From Scyliorhinus canicula (lineage: Eukaryota), in contig NC_052149.1 of the NCBI RefSeq assembly GCF_902713615.1, positions 233,156,069-233,220,068 of the forward strand: DNA of 64,000 nt. Reading direction: 5' to 3'. The notes beneath the pieces are model-generated. The model made no database searches. It had not been told where the DNA came from and saw only the letters and a list, made by a program, of their open reading frames with translations. Below, one piece after another: positions 24,936 to 37,528 of this stretch. Numbering within the stretch: position 1 is the first letter of the stretch; each line of letters starts with the position of its first letter. The position numbers and the translations under genes were made by a program.

Positions 24936-25460
24936 TCAGTACTGGGGGAGTGCTGCACTGTCAGAGGGTCAGTACTGAGGGAGCGCTGCACTGTCAGAGG
25001 GTCAGTACTGAGGGTTGCACTGTCAGTACTGAGGGAGCGCTGCACTGTCAGAGGGTTAGTCCGGAGGGAGTGCTGCACTGTCAGAGGGTCAGTATTGGGG
25101 GAGTGCTGCACTGTCAGAGGGTCAGTACTGAGGGTTGCACTGTCAGTACTGAGGGAGCGCTGCACTGTTAGAGGGTCAGTACTGAGGGAGTGCTGCACTG
25201 TCAGCGGGTCAGTACTGAGGGAGTGCTGCACTGTCAGCGGGTCAGTACTGAGGGAGTGCTGCACTGTCAGAGGGTCAGTACTGATGGAGTGCTGCACTGT
25301 CAGAGGAGCAGTACTGAGGGAGTGCTGCACTGTCAGAGGAGCAGTACCGAGGGAGTGCTGCACTGTCAAAGGGTCAGTACTCGGGAAATGCTGCACTGTC
25401 AGAGAGTCAGTACTGACGACGTGCCGCAAAGTCGGAAGGTTAGTGCCGACGGAGTGCCGC
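24936..25460 (+). repeat. Continuation of the 33-bp minisatellite (~15 more degenerate copies) running into DeuSINE-like sequence
   Basis: Same unit with variants. It is followed by gtctttttgatgggacattaacctga, which resembles the downstream DeuSINE sequence. Confidence 0.9.
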
Positions 25461-25782
25461 GTATTGGGAAGATTTGTCTTTTTGATGGGACATTAACCTG
25501 AAGTATCATCTCCCCTCAGCTAGCATTAAGGAATTGAGGGGTCTAGATCAAGTGGATTCCAAGGAGCGTTTTCTCTTAAATGAGAGGTCATTATAAATAA
25601 AAAAATAAAAATCGATTAATGTCACGAGTAGGCTTCAAATGAAGTTACTGTGAAAAGCCCCTAGTCGCCACATTCCGGCGCCTGTTCGGGGAGGCTGTTA
25701 CGGGAATCGAACCGTGCTGCTGGCTTGCCTTGGTCTGCTTTCAAAGCCAGCGATTTAGCCCTGTGAGCTAAACAGCCCCTAG

Positions 25783-25955
25783 TCAAATCCGCTGGCCCCA
25801 GATTCACATGAGATAGAAGATACTCGGTCTTTGAATCAGTAAGTATTACCCACCGCTAGAGAAAGAAGGGCTCAGTAATTTCACCATGTGCCTGCGCCAG
25901 TTCTCTGAAGAGCTACCCAATTGATTTGATTTATTGTTACCTGTACCAAGGTACA
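25783..25955 (+). repeat. Exact 173-bp duplicate of 26601-26773 (3' 56 nt of IK exon 2, its donor and 117 nt of intron 2)
   Basis: Base-by-base identical from tcaaatccgctggcc to tgtaccaaggtaca. Confidence 0.95.
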
Positions 25956-26589
25956 TTAACCAGGGAGCATAGATTTTTAAAAATAAATTCAGAGTACCCA
26001 ATTATTTTGTTTCCAATTAAGGGGCAATTTAGCGTGGCCGATCCACCTGACCGGCACATCTTTGGGTTGTGGGTGTGAAACCCATGCGGACACAGGGAGA
26101 ATGTACAAACTCCACACAGACAGTGACCCAAGGCCAGGATTTAATCCCGGGTCCTCAGTGCCGTAGTCTCACTGCACCACCCTGCTGCCCTGGGCGCATT
26201 AAAGTAATTGGTCGAGGATTAGAACGGGATTGTTTTCATCCATGGGATGGTCAGTGTCTGGATATTGCTGTCTGAAAGGGTGGTAGCAGCAGAAATCCTC
26301 ATCGCTAATGCACTTGAGTTACCATAACATACACCACTATGGGACAAGAGCTGGTCAGTGGGATTAGATTGGGAAGCTCTTTTTCAGACATTGGTCTCCC
26401 AGCCCACCTTCTCTGCCTTAAATGTTTCTATGTTGGAAAGGATGTTTTTAATAATCTCTCCTTGTATAGGAAGCCCTTGGACACCTGGAAACTTTCACTT
26501 GTCTTTCAGCAGGGGTTTAGATTTTGTTTCTCTCTGAACAGAACCAGAAGCTTCATTCTTAAAAAACCTTTACCTGATTTCCTCCACAG

Positions 26590-26656
26590 GTGAACCGTTT
26601 TCAAATCCGCTGGCCCCAGATTCACATGAGATAGAAGATACTCGGTCTTTGAATCA
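26590..26656 (+). CDS. IK: IK exon 2
   Basis: ccacag|GT GAA CCG...AAT CA|gtaagt; SEPFSNPLAPDSHEIEDTRSLNQ. Confidence 0.93.
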
Positions 26657-27321
26657 GTAAGTATTACCCACCGCTAGAGAAAGAAGGGCTCAGTAATTTC
26701 ACCATGTGCCTGCGCCAGTTCTCTGAAGAGCTACCCAATTGATTTGATTTATTGTTACCTGTACCAAGGTACAATGAAAAGTATTGTTCTGTGTCCAGTC
26801 CAGACAGACTGTTCCATTCATGAAAACACTTTGGACGTACATAAATGCACAATGTAAATACATAGACACGGTCATCGGTGCCCTGCGCCCTTTCAGCTTT
26901 CCCTCTTCAAATATTTAAGCAATCATCTTTTCAAAGATCGCTTCTCGGTCTTTTAGCTAAGATGCGCTTGAGATCAGGTGTAATGCCTGGATCTGATATC
27001 TCTCTCTTGTGGGGACCATAATTTGAATTGATTTTGGAGCAGGCAAGGAACTGGATCAGGGGGGTTGCCCCTGTCCACACTCTTGAGCTCTGGCTTTGTA
27101 ACTCTCATAAAGACATTTTTAAAAATCTTTTCAAAGTTATTGTCTGTGTGAGTCTCACCCCCACAACCCAAAAAGATGTGCAGGATAGGTAAATTGCCCC
27201 TTAATTGGAAAAAAAAAAGGGATTGGGTACTTTAAATTTAAAGTGTATATATTTTCAAAGTTATTATTGAATCTGCTGGAAGGCAGTGAAATCCAAATCA
27301 TTGTTAAACTAATCCTCACAA

Positions 27322-27648
27322 GATGATCAGAGGATTAGATAGGGTGGACAATGAGAGCCTTTTTCCTCAGATGGTGATGTCTGGCACGAGGGGACAAAGC
27401 TTTAAATTGAGGGGAGATAGATATAGGACAGATGTCAGAGGTAGGTTCTTTACTCAGAGAGTAGTACGGGCATGGAATGCCCTGCCTGCAACAGTAGTGA
27501 ACTCGCAAACACTCAGGGCATTTAAATGGTCACTGGATAAAGATATGGATAATAAGGGAATAGTGTAGATGGGCGTTAGAGTGATTTCACAGGTCGGCGC
27601 AACATCGAGGGCCGAAGGGCCTGTACTGCGCTGTAATGTTCTATGTTC
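27322..27648 (+). mobile_element. CR1 3' fragment
   Basis: MIRGLDRVDNESLFP...RFFTQRVVRAWNALP plus the 3' tail. Same family as 23246-24935. Confidence 0.85.
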
Positions 27649-28111
27649 ATCTCCCCTCTAGTAGTTTTGCCAACTATTACCTGCCACCACTGAAGGTGCT
27701 GATATCCACCTGTAAACAGTATATTTCAAAAAATCTAATGGATGGATTTCAATAAAACTGAGTATACATAAAGAGTATGGCCCAGGGAAGAACTGATTCG
27801 TTTTTGGTTAAGTTATGATCCGGCTTCTGGAATTTCTTTGAAGGATATGCTAATATTGGGAGATGGGCAAAATTGATATTTTTTCAGAGTGTCGTGGGTT
27901 GTTTTGTTTAGAATGTTGTGGATTGTCTCCACTGCTGTGGTGGAACTTATCATAGCCATCAAAATGTGAGCAGAGTTTTCAGAGCAGATTGTTGGATGTG
28001 GATTGGCCTGAAGCCTCCTCTGCGAGGTGGAAACTCTTAATAAAAAGCTTTGTAGTTACAAAGCAGGAGGCCTTGCGGTGCAGTGGGTAGTGCCCCTTTC
28101 TCTAAGCCAGA

Positions 28112-28339
28112 TGGGCAGCACGGTGGCGCAGGGTTTAGCACTGCTGCCTACAGTGCTGAGGACCTGGGTTCAATCCCGTCCCGGGTCACTGTATGTGTGG
28201 AGTTTGCACTTTCTCCCCGTGCCTGCGTGGGTTTCACCCCCACAAGCCAAAGATGTGCAGGGTAGGTGGATTGGCCACACTAAATTGCCCCTTAATTGCA
28301 AAAAATAATTGGGTACTCTAAATGTATTTATTTATTTAA
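28112..28339 (+). mobile_element. HE1-like SINE with 13-bp TSD nested in an older tRNA-derived SINE (~28066-28540)
   Basis: TSD tctctaagccaga at 28099-28111 and 28340-28352. The host SINE is similar to 14817-15075. Confidence 0.8.
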
Positions 28340-29622
28340 TCTCTAAGCCAGAAGCTTTGGGATCTAGTCCCACCCCAAGACTTGATGGCCATAGAAGTTG
28401 TGTTTATAATGTGGCCAAGCAGGTTGATTATCAATTTGCAAATCTTCCTATGGCAAGCAGTAAGAGTGGGAGAGTTTCCTCGTCAGCCATCTGCAAAAAA
28501 GCAACGACAAACCACTGCAAAACCTTGCCAGGCGTAATCGTGGTCACTAAATCCCTTTCAGAGCATGTATCTGTTGAGAGAGCTACAGAGCATTAACAAA
28601 TCGGGGAAAAGCCTCGAGGAAGAGCTGTATAAATTGTAATAATATTGAGTTAACAGAACATTGCGGAGATATATGCTCTGCTGAGTACTCTCTTCATTTG
28701 TCTTAAATCTGTGTTCTCTGGTTACCACTGACCAGATTTCGCCTTTGCACCTGCAGTGTCTTTTGAGGTTTTTTATTCTTTCTTGGGACTTGTGCTTTGC
28801 TGGAATTTTCATCATCCAACCTTAAACCATCCTTGTGGAAAGGAGTTCCAGAATCTTGACCCAGCAACAGTGAAGGAACGGCAATACATTTTCAAGTCGA
28901 TGGTGTGCAACTTGGAGGGGCAGTTGCAGGTGGTGGTGATCCCGTGTGTCCGATGAAGAGACCATGAAGCTGTCAGTTTGTCGTACAACCCTAATTGGTT
29001 AATTAATGTGCTTTAGGAAGGGAAACCGGCTGTGGTTCAGCCAGTAGGTGACTCCAGTCCCACACCAATGTTGTTGACTCAGCAGGAAGAGAGCTAACTT
29101 GTACCAGAAGTGCAGGGGTAAGTTCTCTGCAGTTTTCCAGAGTAAGGGATCTGATCGTGGGTGTTCATTTCTTTTTCCCGGTCTCACGGGAATAGAGGGT
29201 TGGAAGAGTGCATAATGGAGCTGATAGGGTAGCGTTTCATTCCATGCTCAGTCACAGGTTTGAGGTTTGGGTGAGATGGGAGGGCAGTCCTATTTTTAGA
29301 CAGTGATCTTCTCAAATAGGGTACTCAGTAGGAGCACTTGTCATTTAAGAAACATTCCCACTGTCTTCCTCAGAGAAGGGGAGAAATTCCCAGTGTATTC
29401 TTGGATCAAGTTCTTGTCCACGAGAACTGATATTCTGCTTATTGAGATCCCAGACTGTTGAACCTGGGGTAGGAATGGGCACCACTTGAAACATGTAGTG
29501 GAAGAGCATGTGTCTTTATGATGCTCCCTGTGCCCAGTGTTGAAATGGTGGAGGATGTTTGCCTGTCCATGTATGCTCTGGGAAGGGAGCTTTTTTAAAT
29601 AGCTCAGAGTTTAAATATACTT

Positions 29623-29760
29623 TTTTTTTTTTTTAAATAATTTTTATTGAAAGAGTTTTTCCATACAGACATTTACCCCTACTAATTTTTAAATTATTTA
29701 CAACACCATCCCTCTAGGCAAATGTCCCTCCCTCGCCCGCCCTCTCGCGCGCACCAGTCC

Positions 29761-29795
<35 letters not shown>

Positions 29796-32700
29796 AGGCA
29801 ACCTTAACAAACAAGGCAGCCTACAGTTTCAGACATGAGCAGCGAGCAGACTTGCCCGCGTTACAGTCGTGCATGTCCCCCCACGACCCTTGCTGCCCCC
29901 CCCCTCCCCTCCCCCCCTCCCCCTCCCCCCCCCCCCCCCCCCCCCCCGGGTTGCTGCTGCCACGACCCCGAACGTCTATCTCTGATCTAAAAAGTCAAGG
30001 AAAGGTTGCCACCGCCTGGCGAATCCCTGTACCGACCCTCTCAGGGCAAATTTGATCCTTTCTAGCTGAATATAGCTAGCCATATCATTAATCCAAGTTT
30101 CAACGCTTGGAGGCCTCGCACTTCCATTGAATTAATATCCTTCGTCGAGCCACTAGGGACGCAAAGGCCAGTATTCCGGCCTCCCTAGCCTCCTGTACCC
30201 CCGGTTCTACCCCGACCCCAAAGATCGCAAGCCCCCATCCTGGTTTGACCCTGGACCCCACCACCTTCGACACCGTCCTTGCCACGCCCTTCCAGAACCC
30301 TTCCAGCACCGGACATGCCCAGAACATATGCACATGGTTCGCTGGGCTTCCCAGACATCTGACACACCTGTCCTCACCCCCAAAGAACCGGCTCATCCTT
30401 GTCCCCGTCATGTGAGCTCTATGCAGCACCTTAAATTGAATGAGGCTCAGCCTCGCACACGAGGAGGAAGAATTGACCTTCTCCAGTGCATCCGCCCACG
30501 TCCCGTCTTCTATCTGCTCTCCCAGCTCCCCTTCCCACTTGGCTTTCAGCTCCTCCCCTGATGCTTCTTCCGCCTCCTGCATTATCTTGTAGATGTCTGA
30601 TATCTTCCCCCCTCCGACCCAGACCCCCGAGAGCACCCTATCACTCGCCCCCTTACTGGGGAGCAGGGGAAACCCCTCCACCTGCCGCCTAGCAAATGCC
30701 TTCACTTGTAAATATCTGAACATGTTTCCCGGGGGGGAGCTCAAACTTCTCCTCCAGCCCTCCCAGGCTCGCAAACCTCCCCTCTATAAACAGGTCCTTC
30801 AGCTGCCGTATGCCCACCCTGTACCAGCTCTGAAATCCCCCGTCGATGTTCCCCGGGATGAATCTATGGTTCCCTCTTATTGGCGCCGCCAACAGACCTC
30901 CCATTTCCCCCCTATGTCGCCTCCACTGCCCCCATATCTTGAGGGTGGCCGCCACCACCGGGCTCGTGGGTGTACCTCGTGGGGGGGAGCGGCCATGGTG
31001 CCGTTACTAGGGCCCCCAGGCTTGTGTTGCCACAGGACGCCCTCATCCATTCGTTTCCAAGCTGCCCCCTTCCCCTTCCATCACCCACTTGCGCACCATT
31101 GACACATTTGCCGCCCAGTAGTACCCCGAGAGATTGGGCAGTGCCAGCCCTCCACTGTCCCTACTCCGCTCCAAAAAGACCCTCCTCACCCTTGGGGTGC
31201 CATGCGCCCACACGTAGCTCATGATGCTACGCGTCACCTTTTTGAAGAAGGCCCTAGGGAGGAAGATGGGCAAGCACTGAAATAAAAACAAGAACCTTGG
31301 GAGGACCGTCATTTTGATTGACTGCACCCTCCCCGCCAGCGACAACGGTACCATGTCCCACCTCTTAAATTCCTCCTCCATCTGTTCCACCAGCCTGGAA
31401 AAGTTCAACTTGTGGAGGGTCCCCCAGTTCCTTGCCACCTGCACCCTAAGTACCTAAAGCTCTTTCCTGCTCGCTTGAAGGGGAGTCTCCCAATACCCTC
31501 TCCCTGGTCCCCCGGGTGTATCACAAAAACCTCGCTTTTGCCCAAATTTAGTTTGTACCCCGAAAAGTCCCCAAACTCTGCTAATAGTTCCATTATCTCC
31601 GGCATTCCCCCTTCTGGGTCTGCCACGTACAGCAGTAGATCATCCGCATACAGCGATACTCGATGTTCCTCCCCTCCCCTAGTCAGTCCTCTCCACCCCC
31701 CTGAACCCCTCAGTGCCATCGGCAACGGTTCAATCGCCAGTGCGAAAAGTAGGGGGGATAGGGGACATCCCTGCCTGGTCCCTCGGTGGAGCCCGAAATA
31801 CTCCGACCTCCTCCCGTTTGTCACTACACTCGCCGTCGGGGCCGAGTAGAGCAACTTCACCCACTTAATAAACCCTTCCCCAAACCCAAACCGTTCCAAC
31901 GTCTCCCACAGGTACTCCCACTCCACCCTATCGAATGCCTTCTCCGCGTCCAGCGCTACCACTATCTCAGCCTCCCCCTCCACTGCCGGCATCATAATTA
32001 CATTCAGCAGTCTCCGCTCGTTCGTGTTGAGCTGCCGCCCCTTCACGAACCCCGTCTGGTCCTCATGGATTACCCCTGGCACACAATCCTCTATTCTAGC
32101 TGCCAGGATCTTTGCCAGCAACTTGGCATCCACGTTCAGAAGCGAGATAGGCCTGTAGGACCCGCACTGCACGGGGTCTTTATCCCGCTTCAATATCAGG
32201 GAGATCAGAGCCTGCGACATTGTCGGGGGCAGAACCCCCCCCTCTCGCGCCTCATTAAAGGCTCGTACCAGTACCGGTCCCACCAAGTCCCACATTTTTC
32301 TTATAGAATTCCACCGGGAACCCATCTGGCCCCGGCGCCTTCCCCGCTTGCATCTGACCTATTCCCTTGACTAGCTCCTCTAGCCCTATTGGCGCCCCCA
32401 GCCCTTCTACAGCCCCTCCTGGACCCTTGGGAACCTCAATTTGTTTAGGAAGTCCTCCATTCCCCCTCTCCTCGTCGGCGGCTCAGACCGATACAACTCC
32501 TTGTAAAAATCCCTGAAGACCCCGTTCACTTCTTGCCCCTTCTGCACTACCTTCCCGCCCCTCTCCTTCACTCCCCCCAATCTCCCTAGCCGCATCTCGT
32601 TTGCGAAGCTGGTGTGCCAGCATCCTGCTCGCCTTTTCCCCATACTCATAGACCGCGCCCTGTGCCCTTCTCCACTGCGTCTCTGCCTTCCTGGTGGTCA

Positions 32701-33002
32701 GCAGGTCGAACTTGACCTGCAGGCTGCGCCGTTCTCCCAGCAGCCCCTCCTCTGGTGCCTCCGCATATCTCCTATCCACTTCCAATAGCTCCCCCACCAG
32801 CCTCTCCCTCTCCTGCCTCTCCTTTCTTTCTCTGTGCGCCCTTATGGAGATCAGCTCTCCCCTGATCACTGCCTTCAGGGCCTCCCAGACCATCCCCACC
32901 TGCACCTCACCCGTGTCATTCAAGTCCAGATAGCTCTCAATGCTCTTCCGGACCCTTTTACACACCTCGTCGTCCGCTAACAGCCCCACATCCAGCCGCC
33001 AC
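29623..33002 (-). mobile_element. 5'-truncated L1-clade LINE (~3.4 kb) with poly(A) and 15-bp TSD
   Basis: RT motifs SYRPISLLNVD, RQGCPLSPLLF and YADD; C-terminal CxxC..H..W.C. Poly-T at the left end. TSD agtttaaatatactt at 29608-29622 and 33003-33017. Same family as 54479-60487. Confidence 0.93.
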
Positions 33003-33559
33003 AGTTTAAATATACTTAATAAACGTTTTGATGGCGAATGTCGAGAAACATTAATTCCTCTAATTGGAGATTCTTTGATAACATCTCACTTTTAGTAAAT
33101 AGAAGAGAACGTTTATAATAAATTACTGTATTGGAACATGATTGAGGCAGGGATCATTGTATCCTTGAAGGGAAATGTAATTAGTTTGATGCAGGAAAAT
33201 GCAGGGCATGGAACGAGAACAAGGCAGTGGGAAATAATTTGGTTTGCTCTAACAAAGGCCTGGCAGAGGCACAATGGACTAAATGGTCACTCTCTCTCTC
33301 TCTCTCTCTCCTGTGAATTCTTCCATTTTATGACCTAGATAGGCAAACCTATCTTCGTAGGTTATGAGATAGTCCACGTGTTTGAAAATTTGCAGATCAA
33401 GATCTTTGTCCACCGTTTTTCAATACTTAAGCGTGAATCGTGATAGCTCGGCTCATGCAGATGTCTGTTTATGGTGGTACGGTTGATCGAACTACTGGAT
33501 GTCGCCCACATGTATAAGGCCCCTTCATGTTGATTCCCTTATTCCCCATTTCTTTATTT

Positions 33560-34359
33560 TTGCTGTTACCATTTTGATCCATGGATGCGTCATGGACATG
33601 TATCTTTAAGTCGAGCAGGGGAAGCGAGGAACTCAAAAGTTACAAAAGAGAACACAGTATTAACCTTCGGACAGCAGAACTCAGACTTTTCGATACCCGA
33701 GTGATCGGTGGGACTCTGGTCGATCGGTTGGCTGGTGGCCACTGAATTGGCCAAAAGGCCGTCTTTTGCCCAGAAACAGGCAGTGATTGGATCCTGCCCG
33801 AATGGGATGATTTTTTTTCAGAGAACCAAGGAAGGACAGTTGGAGTCCTAGACGGTCCGAGGAAAGAAGCTGCTCTCTCTCTCTACCTCTCTTGGTTTTT
33901 CTCCAAAAAAAACTGGATAGCTGCTGTATTTCTGAAACTGTTTATACCTGAATGAATCTACAGTGAAAATCATTACTGATGGACGGCAGAAAACTCTAAC
34001 TGAAAGCCTGAATTGAAGGAAGGTGTCCTAGAAAACAACCATCTGAAACAAAGACTCTTATCCTTTTACTTATTATTTTACAACCCACTTTTCCTCTCTG
34101 TGTTTGCCTGTTGTGTGTGAGTGTGGAGAGGATGGGGCACGTTTAAGTGGGGGTTAGCTGCACATTTATTCATAGTTACTGTTATTAATAAAATTAATTG
34201 TGCTTAACTTTACAAACCTGGTGACAAGTTATTGGGCAGCCAAAGACTTTGTTGTGTGCTTTTCTAAGAATTATTTATAAATAAATCAATTCAATTGTGT
34301 TGCGACTCTGGGTCAAGCGCGCCCTGAATTGATCACGCACTAGCCTCGGGGTCGTAACA
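33560..34359 (+). mobile_element. Possible solo LTR
   Basis: Ends ggtcgtaaca and has a candidate start tgttac at 33564; internal AATAAA and ct/tg microsatellites. No convincing TSD and the left boundary is uncertain. Confidence 0.4.
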
Positions 34360-34411
34360 CATGGAGGAATATTTAACACTGTTGTTTAAATTGTAATGTT
34401 GCTGTTCATAG

Positions 34412-34504
34412 GTCCAAGCTGACCAATGAGGACTTCCGAAAGTTGTTGATGACCCCAAGGTCAACACCATCCTCAGCCCCACCTTCAAAAACTCGCCAAC
34501 ATGA
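34412..34504 (+). CDS. IK: IK exon 3
   Basis: catag|G TCC AAG...CAT GA|gtgagt; SKLTNEDFRKLLMTPRSTPSSAPPSKTRQHE. Confidence 0.95.
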
Positions 34505-35654
34505 GTGAGTACAATGGAACTGTGCAAGGGTTGAAGAAGCTTGGGTTTAACTTTGGCATTTCAAATAATAGTTGTTGATTTATGATTAACTTCCAGCAAA
34601 ATGAGCAACTGTGGGGTTTATTTCCTCTCCTTGCACTAGATCTGAAGGACTGGACAAGTAACTAAGTGGGTGGGATTCTGGCTGAAGAGCGAAGCAGCCA
34701 ATCTGAGCACTAGAATTGGGTTCACACGAAACCCGGACTGAAGCTCTCCACAGAAAGAGGCAATAATCACTCATCCCTTCAAAAGCTGCCCAAACTGACA
34801 GGGTGTTCCCGAGGGGGAATACCAATTGTGAGGAATTTGCAACCCTTACAGAGGAGGGGGGGAAGAGAGGAGAAAGGGGACAATAGTAAAGATCCTTCCC
34901 CTCAAGTGTAGAAACTCTTCAGCTTCTCCACTCTGGTATCCCTGGGGAGTATCTTGGCAGTCTAACTGGTAGCAACATGATGTATGCATTCGGCAAACCC
35001 CTTCTGTCTCGGTGTCCTGAGCAAAGGATCCAAGTCTTGAAGATGATGTAGGAATTATTAGTTAACTATAACTAATCAACCCAGAAAATAATATAAACTT
35101 AGCAGTAGCTAGCATTAAAAAAATGGGGCAGGCTCTGTGATGACACCAAAGTATAATCAGACAAACCTAGAAAGCAGAGCCATGGACTCTCATTAAATTG
35201 CAACCTCACTTATAGTCTCCACTTCATTTACGAGCAGTTGTCCAGGAGGTTTGAGCCACAGGCAGGCCCACAAGGTGTGCACAAGACTCCAGATGTGATT
35301 ATGCTTTCTGTGGCAGTGGAGTAGTACAGCCACTTCAAATTAAAATAATGAAAGGAATTCAGGAGAAACCTCTTTACCCAGGGAATGGTTAGAATGTGAA
35401 AATCTCTACCACAGCAAGTGATTGTGGTGAATAGGAACAAAGGAATAGAAGGATATGCTGATACGGCTAGTTAAAGAGAAGGGGGGAGGATAATAAACAT
35501 CAGAACAGACCAATTGGGCCAAATGACCTGGTTCTGTTCCATGAATTATATTGTAATGTGATCCCGGATCTTAATCTGACCATTTCCCATTGACATTTAA
35601 TGGATATGGTGGGCACATGTTATTTGATCTAACGTTTGGTAATGTCTTCCGCAG

Positions 35655-35714
35655 GATGCCAAGGGAATACAACGAGGAGGATGATCCCGCTGCCCGCAGG
35701 AGGAAAAAGAAAAG
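35655..35714 (+). CDS. IK: IK exon 4
   Basis: ccgcag|G ATG CCA...AAA AG|gtatgc; MPREYNEEDDPAARRRKKKS. Confidence 0.95.
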
Positions 35715-36945
35715 GTATGCTTGATGCGATTTGCTTGGCACTCTCCCTCCCCCTCCCAATTGTGTATGATCAAGAAATTCCTATTGAGAGGGTGAAATAA
35801 TTTGGAAAGATTCCCATCTGCACATTATGCCGATGGTGATTTCCCACTCACTCCCTATAGTTGAACAACATAGGCGAAGGGTCAAGGATTAGGAAGGATT
35901 TGGATCAGGAGGCAGTGGTTAGGAAATGCCAACCTTGGGTCTTGGAAGTGGTTGGAAGGTACAGTTGAGGGAGACATTGCCATCGCTGAATATCCCACTG
36001 TCAACATCCTGGGAGTTACCATTGAATAGAACCTGAAATAGACCAGCTGTATAAATAAAGAGGCTGCAAGAGCTGGTCAGAAGCAATCAATTTTTTTAAC
36101 TTGTTAATAATAATCTTTAGTGTCACAAGTAGGCTTACATTAACACTGCAATGAAGTTACTGTGAAAATCCCCTCGTCGCCACATTCCGGCGCCTGTTCG
36201 GGTACACGGAGGGAGAATTCAGAATGTCCAATTCACCTAACAAGCACGTCTTTCTGAACTTGTGGAAGGAAACCGGAGCACCCGGAAGAAACCCAGGCAG
36301 ACACGGGGAGAGCGTACAGACTCCGCACAGACAGTGACCCAAGCCGGGTATCAAACCTGGGACTCTCGCGCTGTGAAGCGACAGTGCTACCCACTCTGCT
36401 ACCCACTTGTTTATGGGATGTGGGTGTTGCTGGCAAGCCCAACGTTGTTGCCCACCCCTGATTTTCTCTTGTATTGAGTGGTTAGCTGGGCCATTTCAGA
36501 GAGACAATTAAGAGTCAACCACATTGACACACAGTTAGGCTAGACCAGCTGGCAAATCAGATGGATTTTTATGACAATCAGCGATAGTTTCACGGTCACC
36601 ATTACTGAGACTAGCTTTTCAATTCCAGATTTATTTATTAAATTTGGTGGAATTTGAACCCATATCCCCAAAACATTCTCCTTGTCCTCTGGATTACTAG
36701 TCCAGTCGCATTATCATTACTCTACCGTCACCCCTCGAGCAGCAAGTAACTCCTCTCCTGACTCCCCAAAGCCTGTCCACCATCTACAAGACACAAGTGA
36801 GGAAAGTAATGGAATACTCTCCAGTTGCCTGCAATGATGCAGCTCCAACAATACTCAAGGAACTGGACACCATCCGGGACAAAGCAATCTCTTTGGTGTC
36901 CAACACCACCCTAACCTTTCAATTTCTCCCACCCGGCTTACTCAC

Positions 36946-37250
36946 TCTTCCAACTTCTTCCATCGGGCAGGAGATACAAAAGTCTGAAAATACGCATGAA
37001 CAGATTCAAAAACAACTTCTTCCCCGCTGTTACCAGACTCCTAAATGACCCTCTTATGGACTGACCTGATTAATACTACACTCCTGAATGCTTCACCCGA
37101 TGCCGGTGTCCATGTATTTACGTTGTGTACCTTGTGTTGCCCTATTACGTATTTTCTTTTTATGTGCTAAATGATCTGTTTGAGCTGCTCACAGAAAAAT
37201 ACTTTTCACTGTACCTCGGTACACGTGACAATAAACAATATCAATCCAAT
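36946..37250 (+). mobile_element. Rex1/Babar-like LINE 3' fragment
   Basis: FQLLPSGRRYKSL...RFKNNFFPAVTRLLN*, with 3' stem-loop tgtacctcggtaca and aataaa tail. Confidence 0.6.
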
Positions 37251-37354
37251 GCCAGTGCACAGTGTGTACAATATGTAAGCTGCACTGCAGCAACTCATTG
37301 AGGCTGTTTCGACAGCATTGTCCAAACCCATGACCTCTACCACATAGAAAAGCA

Positions 37355-37528
37355 GTAAGAAGTCTTACAACACCAGGTTAAAGTCCAACAGGTTTGTTTC
37401 AAACACGAGCTTTCGGAACGCAGCTCCTTCCTCCGAAAGCTCGTGTTTGAAACAAACCTGTTGGACTTTAACCTGGTGCGTAAGACTTCTTACTGTGCTC
37501 ACCCCAGTCCAACGCCGGCATCTCCACA
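37355..37528. mobile_element. Palindromic short element (hammerhead family of 47165-47268) with 13-bp TSD
   Basis: ~64-bp inverted arms at 37353-37417 and 37432-37495. TSD acatagaaaagca at 37342-37354 and 37529-37541. The hammerhead core is damaged at the centre. Confidence 0.85.

Noticed and set aside
20240-25460. CRISPR-like array of 33-bp partly palindromic repeats
   Set aside because: Units are head-to-tail with no unique spacers, there are no cas genes, and the context is eukaryotic intron.
29608-29622. Sequence-specific L1 targeting, because both L1 TSDs contain tttaaat
   Set aside because: Only two sites, at different offsets from the junction, in AT-rich DNA.
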